Source: the human T2T-CHM13v2.0 reference genome, Homo sapiens
Length of the DNA stretch: 64,000 nucleotides
Reading direction: 5' to 3' (one strand)
NCBI RefSeq assembly: GCF_009914755.1
Contig: NC_060931.1
Positions 26,716 through 42,493 of this stretch are shown here, piece after piece. The notes beneath the pieces are model-generated. The model was given only the letters and a program-made list of their open reading frames with translations. It was not told the DNA's origin and searched no databases. Position 1 is the stretch's first letter. Every line of letters begins with the position of its first letter. Both the position numbers and the translations under genes were made by a program.

Positions 26716-28539
26716 CTAATGCAAAGACAATTTCATGGAAAAGTGATAACCTTTAAGAATAATAGGCTAGGATTAATTGAATACCTGTGTGCAAAAAAAA
26801 AGTGAACCTTGTTCCTTACCTCACATTTAGCTCAAGGTGGGTTATAGGTGTAAACACAAAATGTAAAAGTATAAAACTCTTAAAAATGTAGAATATCTTT
26901 GTTTAATTAGGCAAACAGATTTTAGATATAACAACAAAAGTACAATCCATTAAACAAAAAAAATTGATAAAGTGGACTTCATCAAAATTAAAAGCTTTTA
27001 CTCCCTGAAAGACACTGTTAATGATAAGACAAGGCATAGACCAGGAAAAAATATTTGCAAATCACATGTTTGACAAAGGGATTGTATGCATAATATACAA
27101 AGAATTGCTATAAAAACCTTAATAATATGAAAACCAATCCAATTTTAAAATATGCAAAGAGCTGAACAGATATTTCATCAAAGAAGATACACATATGGCA
27201 AGTAAACAAATGAAAAGATGTTCAACATCATTAGTAATTAGGAAAATGCAAATTCAAACCATATTAGGTAGCACTACACACCTTTATCAAGCTCTTTTGT
27301 CAAAAACTGGAAACAACCCAAGTATCTTTCATGTGATGCCTGGATAAACTGTTGTATGTTCATACACTGGACAAACTCAGTAATAAAAAGGAAAAAAAAT
27401 TTCCACACACAACAACATGTATAAATGTCAGATACATTATGGCTAAATGAAAGAAGCAAAACCCTAAAGATTACGTATGATTCCATTTATATGACATTCT
27501 AGGAAAGACCAAACTGTAGTATCAGAGAACAGATAAGTGGTACTAGGGATTAAAGGTTGCAGGGTGGGGGTTGACAAGCATCATGATGAAGGAGTTTCTT
27601 TGCATGATGAAACTGTTATGTGTCTCATAATCATGGTTACATGACTCCCTCTATTTTTCAAAACTCATAGCAACAGCAAATTTACTACAAGGAATAAATG
27701 TATAACTCCCCCAAATTCTATTGCTTCCCATTAAAACATTTTAAAATGGGGAGGATCCCACTTTCGATTATAATATGTAAGATTCTAACTCCTTGATCCT
27801 CACTTATTTTAGAAAGCTGGACAATTTGTCACAGAGCCCAGTAAAAAGAAGTCCCAAGGAATACTCCTTTACCATCACCCCTCCATATTTTTCTTGGCCA
27901 AGTATTACTTCTACTTTTTCTCTGCTTTGGAAATGAATCATAACCTGAGTTCCCTGTTCTTTTTCTGAAACAGATGCCTTAAATTTACACTTGATGTATA
28001 CTTTCTGCTTTTTTTGGCTTCCCTCCACCCACAATTTTTTTTCTTACAATTTTTCTATTCTCTTTACCTCATTCATTCTCTTATTCAACAACAAATTTAG
28101 GCCCTGTGCTGGGGGCCCAGGATATGAGATTAATAAGGTATGCTTTCACATGAAACTCAGTCTTGAAAGGTAGAATAAGGACACATTAACAAATAATTGT
28201 GTGTACTAATGTCATCAAGTCATAATAGAAGTATATTAACGAGCATGGTGTAACACAAAGGAGTATATCTGTTTTTCTTGGATGGGTGAGGGAAGGCTTT
28301 ACACAAGAAAGAGGCATAGAAGTACCTCAAATGAAAATTACAGTTCTTTAAAATGTCATCTGTGACTTTGATTATTTATGGACTGACTGGTAGGCCACAT
28401 AGATTAAGAAAAATAGAAATTTAGCAGTAAAGTCATCAGAGACAACGTTGTAAACTTCAGCTTGGTGACATGAGGATGGGATGTATTAGTGATTTTTGTA
28501 AAGTTTATATGGAAAATAACTGATTAAAATGAAAAAGTT

Positions 28540-28862
28540 AGCCAGGTGCAGTGGCTCATGCCTGTAATCCCAGCACTTTGGGAGCCAAGGCAGGCAGATC
28601 ACTTGAGGCCCAGGAGTTTGAGACCCACCTGGGCAACATGGTGAAACCCCGCCTCTAGAAAAAAAAAAAAAAAAGAATTAACTGAGCATGTAGGTGTGCA
28701 TCTGTAGTCCCAGCTACTTGGGAGGCTAAGGTGGGAGGGTCACCTGAGCCCAAGGAGACCAAGGCTGCAGTGAGCCATGATTGTGCCACTCCACTCCAGC
28801 CTGGACAACAGAGGGAGACTCTATCTCCAAAAGAAAAAAAAAAAAAAGAAAGAAAAGAAAAA
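28540..28862 (+). mobile_element. AluJ-like
   Basis: Dimer with expanded central A-linker. Confidence 0.92.
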
Positions 28863-29124
28863 GCTGAGTATACCAGACAAGTATAGACTGTCAATTAGAA
28901 ATGTAGCACTTATTAAAGAAAAAATGATTAAATGTAAGACACTGTTAAATTGCGTATAATTTAATCTGCTAATTATACTTATTAACATTTGGCTTGCTGA
29001 CTCACATTCAGTTTAGATTTTATATTGATTCTTAATATTTTTTCAGTTATATTTGTGTACAGCTAGTTTTTCCCCCACAACTTACTGTTCTCTACCCTTA
29101 TCAGTCTTTTGATTTTTCTTGACT

Positions 29125-29530
29125 ATATCAGGCACATTCTACCACAGGGCACCATTGCACTGGCTGTTTACTGTGTAAGGAGCACACTTCTTCTAGTATC
29201 TGAATGGTTAACACCCTCATCCATTTGAAAACTACTCCATGAGGTTTAACCCTTCCACTATATTTTAAATAATAAATCACCTCCCCTCCTTTCAACCTCA
29301 AGCACTCCTGACCTCTTTCCCCTGAGTTACATTAAGTCTTAACTTCTAGCATATTATTTTATGTACTTATTATGATTATTGTTTATTATCTTTCTTCACC
29401 TCCACTAAAACGTAAGCTTTACCAGGACTAAGATCTTCATCTGTTTTGTTCATTGGTGTATCCAAATCTCTAGAGCAGTGCCTACGATATGGCAGAAACT
29501 CAGTCATTATTTGTTGAAAAATTGATGGAA
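29125..29530 (+). mobile_element. L2 3' end
   Basis: taaaacgtaagcttt...tctgttttgttcattggtgtatcc...tagagcagtgcct...tatttgttgaa. Confidence 0.7.
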
Positions 29531-31864
29531 GAGTAATAATTTCTTTATTTTTTTCTGATAGGACTTGGATTTGGACTCTTAAAACGAGTTAGAACTCCTG
29601 TGACTTGACATTTTAGAATTTCTCTAATCCAATTGAACTGTTATGATACCTAAGCATTGCTCAGGAACTCTGGCTTGAACCTCAAAGCTCTTCCTGACTT
29701 AGATGATAAACAGTTACCTCCCCATGAGGCCATCTTTTGAAGTACAGTGTAAACACTGTTAGAAACAATGGATAATCATAAACCTGTTCATTTGGCTTTT
29801 GAGTTTTCTTTGTTCATTTTTGAAGATTTTCCAACTTTTGTTGGAAAATGAGACTTAAATTGTTTCTGTAGTAACATATGAACACAATTCATCCAATAAA
29901 ATCCCATATACTCAGGCCAAAACATGATACCAGAGATAAGAAATTGGCTCTTAAGGTCACCAGAGTTTGGCTTTTAGACAATGGGAGAGGCCACTCTGAG
30001 AAACACCCTTTTAAGTTATGTACTTGGAAATTCAGGAAAGGTGAAGCAGATATTGTATCTCAGAAAATCATCGTATTCATGTAATTCTCGAAGCATCCGG
30101 GGTTATGTATACCTTAGTAAATTTGATTCAATGTTTTAAATTGCATATGGAATAAAATGAATCTTATATTAATGTTTTATAATACATTTAAGATTTGGGA
30201 GAAAATAATCACTACATAGTTTCTAAAAACAGAGAGCTACACATTTTATATAATGTAATATATACATATATATACACATAATCTTATGTTAATTTATACG
30301 TATTTAGAAATGAAATTGAATATATTTTCATGTTTGTTTTTTTTCATTTTCTGTTCATGACTTTTGCCTATTTCTTCTGTGGAGTTTTCAATTACCCTAA
30401 AATAGGAAAAAAACTATTTATTATGTGGAACTAATTTTTATATAAACCCATTTTGATCAGTAGTGACCTTTTTTCTCCGTTGATTAGTCTTCATACATGA
30501 TTACTGTTGGTAGTTTGTTATTTTGTACTTATTTTTCATTTGAGACTTTATGATTTCTGTTTTAAAACATATGAAATATTTTTCTTAGTTCTGTAATGTT
30601 TTATATTGTTTTGAATGTCTAAAATTTTATAACACAATTCTCATATACTTGGTTACTTGCTTCTGTTTGAGTCATATTATTGTAGCATTCTTAATTACTG
30701 TGTTTGTTATAGGTATTTCTGGGTGAACAAAATCTTATGTATTTGTATTTATTTATAATGAAATATAGACAAAATGATCTTTATATTTTATAACCAAACT
30801 AGAATTTTCAAGGAATCATTTTCATTCACCAATTTAAATATTTACTTATTTACAGAATGAGAGATTTATTAATGGTTCTAAACTTTAGTACACTGGGGAA
30901 TTTTTCAGGTTTATTTTACATGAACATCACTTTCAAAATCTCTTCAAATAAAATGATTCAAAATTTAGATTTGGCTTCTGGGGAAGGGGGATTATCACAA
31001 AGAAGATGATACTATGAAAAGAGTTAAATAAATTCTATTATTGATAAAATTATCTGAGATTTTTTTGAATGTCTTCTTTATAATAAGAGAGTTAAAGAAA
31101 TGTTTTAGTCTACAATTAATCCAATTTCATGTCTAACAGAAATTGATGATCTCTGATGGTAATTCATGTTTATGTTCATTTATCTGTTTATAGCCCTTTG
31201 AGTTTCTGTCAGAAAATTAATGAGACATTTCCAGTTTGACCTTGTGATTTTTGCAAATTAGCATAGAGCAATTTGCAGTACTTGTAATGAGCAAGTCATA
31301 CTTTATTTTTAATCTTGGAAAATTGCTTTCTTTATTATTTTTGCTACATAATTCAACAATTTTGCTTTATTGCGCTAATATTTACTTTATTGTGCTAATA
31401 TTACTTTAGCTAATATTGCTAAATTACTAATTAGCTAATTATTAATTAGCTAATATTGCTAATATTACTTTATTGTGCTAATCATCTAAAGAAAGTAAAT
31501 ATTTCTCATTTTATAGAAGAGGGGAAAGATTACACAATTTAGTGGACTTTGTTCATTTTAGGAGGGTATCATAATAATAATCCCAGTTCCTACATCTTTC
31601 TGATGTTCTAATTTCAATGAGTTGTCCTTTTCAAAATCATTTTATGGTATTGTTACCTCTTTTCCTTAAGGTGAACAATATCGCTGCAAGCTGCTTTGCT
31701 AGACGTCTAATGATAAATTCCCATTCTGATGTATTATTTGTTCTAATATGTAGCCTAATTAAGAGTTGACTGAAGTATGTTAGAATTTTGAATGCCAAAT
31801 GTTTATGTGTGTTTGCACTATATTTTTACTTTAAATCTTTGAATGTTTAAATAGCTGTCATAGA

Positions 31865-32012
31865 TTTTTTTTTAAAAATTTTTAAATTTTTTATAGAGAC
31901 AGAGTCTCACTGTGTTGCCCAGTCTGATCTCGAACCGCTGAGCTCAAATGATCCTTCTGCTTCCACCTCCTAAAGGGCCGGGAATACAGGTGTAAGCCAC
32001 TAAGCCTGGGGC
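31865..32012 (-). mobile_element. FLAM or Alu left arm
   Basis: tagagacagagtctcactgtgttgcccag...tacaggtgtaagccac. Confidence 0.8.
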
Positions 32013-34046
32013 TTAGATTTCTTGGTATAAGAACCTGAGATGACCCTGTAGTACAGATATATTTGATATAATTTAAAATATTTTTATTACTCTTATTATC
32101 CATAAATTCAAATACTTTAATTTGATGAAGAGTATTTTCATTAATAGTTGTCACTGTTTAGTTGATTGCCATTGTTCATGTGATCTATATTTTTATTTTA
32201 TTAAACTGTTTTTACATTTTCTTTTCTTTAAAGTTATGACTTTTAAACTTCAAAAGATTTGCACTTGATAAACTTCAAAAGATTAGCACAATTTAGGTAC
32301 TCAGTATTTTAAAAATTATTTAATCAATGAACAAATACTTTGTTTCTAAGATGTTAATACCTACCACCTACCTGTAAATGGCATTTTAAAGCAGTATTTT
32401 TAAAGCTTAAGAAAAGTTATATATAGTACTACATTTTAACTTCAGAACCTGTTAAAAGATGAAAAATGCTGTATAAAAGATAGTCTCATTGTTAGCTGAA
32501 TTACAGTACTGTAGCATTTTTATCTGTTGCTTCGCTGAAAAATTTTCCTCCTATGTAAATACAAAGTGAAAGATTATAAGCAACTCGCCTTAACAGTATT
32601 AGTAATAGAATATGTTCTATATGATACTGCCAATTTATAGACAAGACTTGTGAAAAATCTGAATTATTATCTGATCACTTATAATTAGTTTTATTTGTTT
32701 TACAAATGGTAATCCATTTACAGACCATTTTATCTAGGAGTCTTTTCCATATTCCATCTTGGTACATTTATATAAAGGTATCTACCTGCAACTTTATTAG
32801 AAAAAAATATATATGCAGAGAGAGAGAGAGAAAATAGAATAAATATAGCAAAAGCTAAAGGTTTACTTTTTGCATAAGTGTTAAAATTCATCGATTATAT
32901 CAATCACGATAGTGATTCAATGATCAAAGAAATGGAAATGAATAGAAAACAAAGTTGGAACATGGCTGACATGAAAAATATAGAAGAATAAATATCATAT
33001 TCATGAATTAGAAACATATTCAGTCTTATCAAGGAAAATTTATTTGTTTAAAACAGTGGCCAATAGTCTTTTCTGTGTGAGGGCTAATTTCAATATTAAT
33101 AAAATTATGAATCAATTATTTGATATTGAAAAGTACATACTTCTTGGGTCAGGAAATGCTGTCTGTCTTCAGTATTCAGTATAGAAGCATTCTTCTATTG
33201 CATATCCATCTCTGAGTTGATTCTGCCTTTGCCTGAAATTTCAGAAACTTACTCCTGAAATAACTATATGGTATAATTATACTGTTGTATTTGAATGCAT
33301 TTTGTTCTTGAGCAAAATGCTTTCTGAACCTGGTTTCTTTGGTATTGTCTCAAGTATTTTTCTAAGCTACATAGTGTTAAATACTGTTTCACTTTCTTTT
33401 AACATTATATATTTTATAACAAAAGGTTTTGTTTCCATCTCAAATAAGAACCCCTTCTACAAACAAGCCCTGGGCCACTTTGAAATAATGTGAGCTTTGT
33501 CATACGCTTGTTTATTTAAAGAGCAGCACTTCTACTTCCTAAGGATTTACGTTTTATATAAAAAATATTTATATTCCTTCCCATTACATGTTTCACTACC
33601 TCATGTTTTTCCCCCTTCTTTCTGGGGTTGTCAGTGAGAACTCTAACCAACCAGGAAATACAACTGACTAATTATCCTCCATCAGTCAGGTCCTGCCTAT
33701 CTCCTAAGGAGTAGGTCAGCTTGAAGTGACAGAGAAAACCGATTGCTGGGTCTTGGCAGCCTTGTCTCTGGGCCTACCTTTTCTCATCTGTAAAATGAGA
33801 GTTGTTGAAATTTGACTACATTAGATAACTTGGAATATAGTGGATTGTTGTTTGGTCCAGATATTTCTGGTTGCTTTTAACTTGTCTAGAATGGTTTAAT
33901 CGTATTAAATTATAATTAAAGCAATTACATCCTACAAATAAGTGAAAAATTTAAGAAAATTTTCCCATGGTCTTTCACAGCCAAAATGAAAATCAGGGCA
34001 CAGAGGCTAGCATACTAACAGCTTTTTAAAAAAATAACCAACATTA

Positions 34047-34359
<313 letters not shown>

Positions 34360-35752
34360 CCCTATAAATTGAGTTTTGTGATATTTTCAGTAATTGTTTC
34401 CCACCTTATATAAGGGGTTGGTTAAGAAGTGCCATAAATCTGGTCATGATATGCTTATTTGGTACATTTTTGTAGTAAAATTTCTTTAAGTCAGATTTTC
34501 ATGGAAATTGTTTTTACTTTGATAAGTTTTTAGATCTATAAATCACAAATAATATAGAGAACTTTGTTTTAGGACAGAGATAGTAAATGTGGTTTAAATA
34601 TTAGGAATTAATGTTATTTGCAATGAAAAGCATTCTATTCTGATTTACATTCAATGTTGAGAAATTTCATTTTTGTTTGTTGTAGTTATAGCAAGAACAT
34701 TATGTTCTAATATGAGCTTTAACTGTCGTACCAAGTTATAGATCCTTTTGGATATGTTTTTCCAAATTTAATATTTGTTTAAAATGTTATGGAAGTAAGA
34801 GGATAGAGTGAATGGCAGATGTGTAGATGTGGCACAGCTGTATGTATCTCCTTCCTTTCATTTTTCATGTCACATTACTAGCTCTATGTGTTTGTCTTTT
34901 ATTGGTTTTATAAAGGATCTAAGTGTTTGGAAAGGTGTGGGACCATGTACTATTGGAGATTTCAGTGTTTGACTATGAGAGAAGGAAATGTTATTTTTTG
35001 GGAATGTTATTTCAGAAATTTGGCTTTGGAGTTTTCCCATATTGTTATACTAGCAATTTCTGAAAAATATAGCAGAAATTTCTAGTACTTTTTCAGTTGG
35101 TGATTGTTAAATAAGAGTTAGAAGCTGTAACAAATAAAACAGTGTTTTTGATAGAGTAGGCATTTAGTCAACATTGGTTAAACTGACCAACATTTTATAT
35201 AATATCTAAGTGCTGCTCTCTACAGGGAAGAAAACATAAAAGTTTTAACAATTCTTAGGCAAAAAATGAATGGCTACATTTCAAAATATATTTGTTTATA
35301 ACTTTTAGAAAAGTTAACATTTAAAAATGTGTATTTATTTTTAAACTTGGAAATTTTCTGAGCCATATAGTTCCAAAGTGAGTGATTTTTTTTCCTAACC
35401 AATCTTATAAGTTCTGAGGTGCATCGCCAGCAAGTTCAGTCAAGCTGTTGCTCTTCTTTGAGGTCTATTCTACTCATCAGTTTATTACATCTGAGAAAGA
35501 ATGATGGAGGTAAAAGTAAACAGGAAACAATTTCTGCTCACATATTTTTGACTTACAGACACCTTAGCCTCTCCAATACAATAAGCTACAAGGAACTAGC
35601 TTCATTTACTTACCAAGTGTAGCTCATATTTATCTTAACAGAGTTCATTTATTTAGTAGGTAAAAGTAGTGTTTACTGCTTCAAAATTATATGTAGCCAT
35701 CTTAGTTGGGCTATTCAGTTTGGAACTGTAAACATGATGGCAGGTTTCTTAA

Positions 35753-35854
<102 letters not shown>

Positions 35855-38800
35855 TGATGTCTCCCGCCACTGAGCTGCACGGGAGCATGGAATTGACTTT
35901 CGGGGGAGGGCTGTATCAGTTAAGTGATCTTTTTTAGTACATTGCATGGGTTTTGTAAAGCCTTCTTTTTTGTGTGTTTTTGTTTTTTTTTTTTAATCCA
36001 GAGAGCACAAGTATGCTTATGCTAATTTTAAAATTAAAATCTTGTAAATCCACACAATATAATAACCTATTTACTTTTTAAGTGCTGTATAATAATAAAT
36101 ATTACGTGTGAAGTAGCAGCTCAGGGAAGCTGTATGAATATTCCAGTCTCAGTAAAACATAGATGTGGCACCATAAACAATAACTGCTTTTTCATTCTTG
36201 AACCATTAGTGGGAATGTACTTCTTAGTTTCCTTTCTCCCAGGTAGAATGCATGCCTTTATTTACTTATTCAAACCTTTTCTTTAATTGAGTTTCTGCTA
36301 TATGCAAAACACTGCTGGACCTTTGTACTTAATGATCTAGCTTTCTGTATTTTTTGCTTAGAAAAGCAATATAGTCATTATTTTTAAATAGTAGAACGAA
36401 AGAGAAAAAGTAAAAAACAAATGTCATTTCCTTAATTCTAATTCCCACAATTAATCCTTTCAAGCAATTTTATCTGTTTTATGTTCTGTACCTATAGTCT
36501 TAATCACTACTGACACACATTATACTTGATTTCTTCAGGAGTACGCATTTATGTGTAGCTCTCTGTGTGGACTTCAGCCGTCATGTACGATTTCATTCCA
36601 CCAGTACTTTAAGCCTTATGTTAATAATGCTGGTGGAAGGGAAAAAACAAAACGTTTGTTCTCCATTTCAGAGAGAGTAAAATTACTGGGATAAAAAAGC
36701 CTATTAAATTGATTCAATATTCAGATTTTTGCTGAACCTGTTCATCTTAATCTTTTTGTTTTGGAAAATTAAGAGTTGACTAATTGTTATGGCATAGACA
36801 CATACTTTAGATATTTGTATATGTTTGTGATAAATTCCTTACTAGTGAACTAGACATTACATTGTCAATACCAAAGGATAATAGTTACATTTTATAGATG
36901 AGTAACTGATTCTTAGTGCCTAAATGATATACTTGAAGTGTCCTGTAAGTAGCATGTAGAACTAGCAATGTAAGTACAATTGAGTATCTAATGTAGATTC
37001 TGACTTCCTCAGATTCAATTTAAAGTGTAACTAATTATTTTTAAGTGTTTATACTTGTTCTATTTTTTAGAACATTAATTTGGGATTTTAGTTAGAAAAT
37101 GGATCAGTGTCATAATTTTACCTTCAAAGCTGGATGGTCTAATAAATATAAACCTCAACTAATAATAGTACCTTTTTAAAGGAAAAGTTTCTGAACTTTT
37201 ACAGAAATGGAAATTTTCTCTGTTTGATAAAATAGTGGATAATATTAAACTGGCTTTTATAAATTAGCAGTAAGAAACTTGGGATTGCTGCTACAAAGTT
37301 TAAAGTGAGAACTCCACAAGTTTTTTAAAGGAACCAATTTTCTTTAAGTATCTGAAAGCTTTTGCAGTGACATCAGAGTGGTTTATTAAAATGTGGTAGG
37401 ATTATCTTGTCTTTTGTTGATTGTCTAGATGAATAATAGCTCAAAGGTAATAGTCTTTAATATTGTCAAGTAGGTGATATATTTTAACTAACAGAACTTT
37501 CATTTGTGAAATCAGTTTATCATTCACTTTTTACATAGCTAAGCACTATTACTAAAGATGGGGAATTAAGTCACTTAACAGATTCATTTATATTTTTCTT
37601 GTATTATGAAAAGATCTTGTGTCAGCTACTGCTTAGTAGAGAACCACTTTAGAAAAATTAATTTCTGTTCTTAGAAGGTCTTATTCTGGCCATGAAATAA
37701 GATACAAACAAAACACAGACATATTGCAAAGTGTAAATAGATATCTCACTTAAAGAGTATAGAAGAGTAATTTTAGAGTAACATTGGACCCTAGAGATCA
37801 CAGGCAATTTTTAGGTCCTAAAGATGAGGCAATTTAGTTGGAAAGATAATCACATAGCTGGTCAGTAACAGATTGTCTTTTAGTCTAGCAAACTTTTCAC
37901 CATTTGTTTCTGTGCCTAAAGATGAAGAGAGTTGGATTGATGGGATGGGAATATGTTTTTAAAAGCTTGTTTAACATTGGGAAAATGTTAACTTCCAAGA
38001 ATACTTATAATTGAAAGCATATTGTATACCTATATTCATTGAGAACTTTAAAAAGGGAATTCTGTTAATGACAGCATATCTCATCTTTGGAATAACATTT
38101 CTTCAAGATATAGAGTAGTCAGTTTCTTGCTATATGATTGTCTTTTGTGGTTATTTTTAAAGGAAGTCAAAGTATTTGAGGAGTGGTTATTTATTACTTC
38201 AATATTTATTTTTAAAGGCATGAGTAGCTTGTAACTTTGTTTTTAAATTTTCCTGTTAAATACAGGTTATAGACTTTTACTAGCAGTTAATCTGTATTTA
38301 CATAAAAGTGATGTTCAAATAATATCGCAGATAACTCATTGAACACATCTATTATATTGAACTAAATTAAACCTTTCTGTAGATGCAGAAATTAATTATT
38401 TAGATGAAATCCTAGGATATACAGGCAATTTACATGAAAGCTTGTTTGGAGGTTCTAGCAAGAGAATCTACCTTCTCTTGAAGAATATCTTTCTGAATGT
38501 GAAAAATTCAGTGTCTTGAATTAAGAGCTTCACTTTGGAAGTGATGCACATGGAAAAGGAAGGAAGCCAGAATCAAGCCAAGTCATCCTCACATCTAATT
38601 TGTAGAGCAGATAAATGTGTTATGAAGATCTTGGTGGTTGATTTATGGCCCTGAAAGTCATGATGATATGCCGTCCTGTCAATTGCTTAGTTTCTCAGTT
38701 TGTAATCTGGGAAATCTTTTCATTATCTTTTGGGTAAAAGTCCTTGTGGATAGTGTGCCCTACCTATAGCAGGAGTTCCAAGGATTTAGTGCCCACCCTT

Positions 38801-39554
38801 CTCTGCTTAACCTAACTCTAGTTTTCTAGTTTTTCTGTCTCTGTTTTCTCTCCTCCAAAACAGGGCTTTTTAAATACTCTTTGGTTTTCAACAGCTCTAC
38901 TTTGAAACATCCTACAAGTTATTTTCTTCAGCCACCTGAAACTAAAGAGAAGATTTAAAATAACATTACAGAAAAGCAAACCATGTCCTATGCCAAAGTC
39001 CTGGACCCTTGTACATTTCCTTAAAACGGAAAATCTTCTTGTTCATGGACAACCTATGCTTTATCTTTCTCTGTGGTTACCTATTTGGATTACCACTATA
39101 GGTGGTTGCCATTGGCTAATACAATGTTGTATTTTCCCTTGCCTATTTCTCTGACTTCTGTTTCCCATATTGTCTTTTTAGAGAGACTTAAACTCACCAC
39201 AGAATCTTGGTGATACTCTTTCCTTAAGATTCTTTCCAGTGTGTAGTACTTCATTTCTTGAGGGAAGTCTGGCAGCTGTAGCTCTCATTTTGAAATTATA
39301 GAATGATCCCAGATAATAGAAGTCAAGGAAAATGAGTTGAAGTTAGAAACATTTGAGGAAGTAACTTTAGAATGGTTGATGATGGGAGTAAAGTTGGATT
39401 AGGGAGTAAGTTTGGAAGATTTCTCTAGATTCCAAAGCAAGTAATGTGAAGAATTTAACTTTGCATCTCATTCCTACTTCATTTTGTGATGCAAGGAGAG
39501 CTTGGTCCCTGTAACTGCTTGTATGATTACAGTAATAACAGTAGTAATAATTAA

Positions 39555-39790
39555 CACTTATTTTGAATTTAGTATGCACTAGACTCTTTGCTACTTGCTG
39601 CACATACATGATCACATCTAATCCTTACAACAGTACTATCCAGTAGGTACTATCGTTATTTTCAATTTACAGAAGAGGCCCAGACTCATAAAGTGAACCT
39701 AAGTCATTTTTTCAAGATCCCATAGCTAGAAAGTGATCTAGTTCAGGTCCACCGGACTCAAAGCCCATGTTCTTAACCACCAGTCACCCT
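39555..39790 (-). mobile_element. MIR
   Basis: taatccttacaacag...gtaggtactatcgttattttcaatttacagaagagg MIR core. Confidence 0.75.
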
Positions 39791-39955
39791 GCTTCCCCTC
39801 CAAACGGCTAACAAATTGATGACATGAAAAGTGCCCTAGAGACAAACTATATTGAGGCATTATATCAGGAAATTTTTAGTTAAAAGAAGAGAGGGAGCAG
39901 AAGAAAGTGATGGAGAGAGATTAAGAGGGAGAAGTCTGTAGATTTCTATTTGTAA

Positions 39956-40274
<319 letters not shown>

Positions 40275-40524
40275 GCAAAATTTTATTTTTAAAGAGACAT
40301 TGAATTATATAGTTATTAGAATAAAGATTTATAGATGCATTTGTTTTTATTTATATAAAGAAAAATATATTTGTGCAAAATATTTGATGTTTGTAATCTA
40401 TCATGCAAACACTAGCAGACTGTTATCAAAACTATTGCTATAAAAAGATAATTGGATTTTTTTAAATTTAAGTTTTTGTGTTCATTGCATTTAAGATTAT
40501 CTGTGTTGTGCTGATTTATAAATT

Positions 40525-40800
40525 TAATTTTTCAACAAATATTTATTGAGTGCCTACTGTGAGCCAAGTAAGCACTGTGTCAAGTGTTAGAGATTGATCT
40601 AAAATAAGACAAAATTCCTGCCTTAGTGATCTTACCGCCTAATATGTGAAATAATCAAGTAAAGAAATACTTTTGAGGAGAAGTAAGCACAGGGTCCTGT
40701 GCCAACAGAGGGACTAGCTGTTGGGATCATACATGGGTTTCTGGAAGAGGCCTTTAAAACACCCTGAATAATGAATAGAAGTTACCTATCATGACTTGTA
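40525..40800 (-). mobile_element. L2 fragment
   Basis: ttcaacaaatatttattgagtgcctactgtgagcca. Confidence 0.7.
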
Positions 40801-40819
40801 GGATTTCTGTTGGTTGATT

Positions 40820-40985
40820 AATAATAAGTACATCACTAGAAATACTAGGGGGCGATTTTTAAAAATTCAAATGCTTACATCTTCCCCTAAAGATTTTGAT
40901 TATTCAGTTTGTGGGGAGGCTAGACATGAGTATTTTTTAAAAGCAGTCAAGTTACACTAATGTTCTGCCATGGTTTGGAACCACT
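40820..40985. mobile_element. MER5-like hAT element
   Basis: Ends atggtttggaaccact; MER5-like internal sequence. Confidence 0.5.
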
Positions 40986-41294
40986 CAGATATTATCTCAG
41001 ACATTGGTCCTAAAATGGTGCTTGCTGACAAGAACACTTCTTGATGTTGCTGTAGAGAAGTAATTACTGAGGAAGGGAGGATTTAAAGTAAATAATTAAA
41101 TCATGATGAAAAAAGCACTTATTTCAAAATATGAAAGCAAATCTTTCTACAAGAAGATTAAACAACTTTCCTAGGGAAGACTAGTCATACTAGACAACTA
41201 AAGAAAGTATTAAGATGTCTCTCATATTCCACTTAAAAATACTGAGTGTAGAAAATGTTTCCTGTGAGACTAATATTCAGAGTCCTGTATAGAA

Positions 41295-41587
41295 TTCTTT
41301 TTTTTTACAGAGTCCTGCTCTGTCACTCAGGCTGGGGTGCAGTGGCTCAACCTCAGCTCACTGCAACCTTCACCTCTTGTGTTCAAGTGATCCTCCTGCC
41401 TCAGCCTCTCTCAAGTAGCTGGGATTATGGGCATACACCACCATGCCCAGCTAGTTTTTGTATTTTTAGTAGAGATGAGGTTTCACCATGTTGGCCAGGC
41501 TGGCCTCGAACTCCTGGCCTCAGGTGATCCACCCACCTTGGCCTTCCAAAGTGCTGAGATTACAAGCATGAGCTACCATGCCCAACC
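41295..41587 (-). mobile_element. Alu (J or old S)
   Basis: Antisense dimer. Confidence 0.92.
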
Positions 41588-42166
41588 ATAGAAATATTAA
41601 TACTAATATAACCTATGCACAATAGAACATTTGGTCATGAACGGATACATAGTTAGCCAAATCTGAAAGATTACAAGTTTTTCATGAGTTCTTAACTGGA
41701 AGAGAGCAAACAAATGACAGTTAAAGGGGAGCTTTATAGATGAGAATGGTTGGGTAGGTGGTTATGCATTATTAGTGAATATAGGATGCTAATTGATTTT
41801 ATTTATTTATAAAGTAAACAACACATTGTATACCTTTTTTGAAGTATCCTTATGAAGAGGAGAAAAGAATTATGGTGGTGGGGTTTTTTTTTCTGTTTTT
41901 TTAAATAGAGAAAGGTTTAGAATTCAATTGGTGACATTTATTAATGCTTAACTAGAAGCGCAGGAAGGTTCCCGTGTGCTATTTAAGCGACTGTATTAGA
42001 CAAATAGGATGTTAAATGGCAAGATATTTCTAGTGTCTAGTCCCTTTCATTTAGTTTGATTTTATTGTTAAGACTATGATCCAGACTCATTAAGTAAATT
42101 AAGTAAATTTTCCAAACTAACACCACTAGTTAAAGATAGAATAGGACTAGATTTGAGGCTTTTTGA

Positions 42167-42493
<327 letters not shown>

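Noticed and set aside
38655-38700. C/D snoRNA from an ATGATGA C-box
   Set aside because: No properly placed D box or terminal stem found.
40842-40855. CTCF-like site ATACTAGGGGGCGA
   Set aside because: Lacks the conserved 5' CC and sits in a decayed MER5-like element; cannot be supported without ChIP data.
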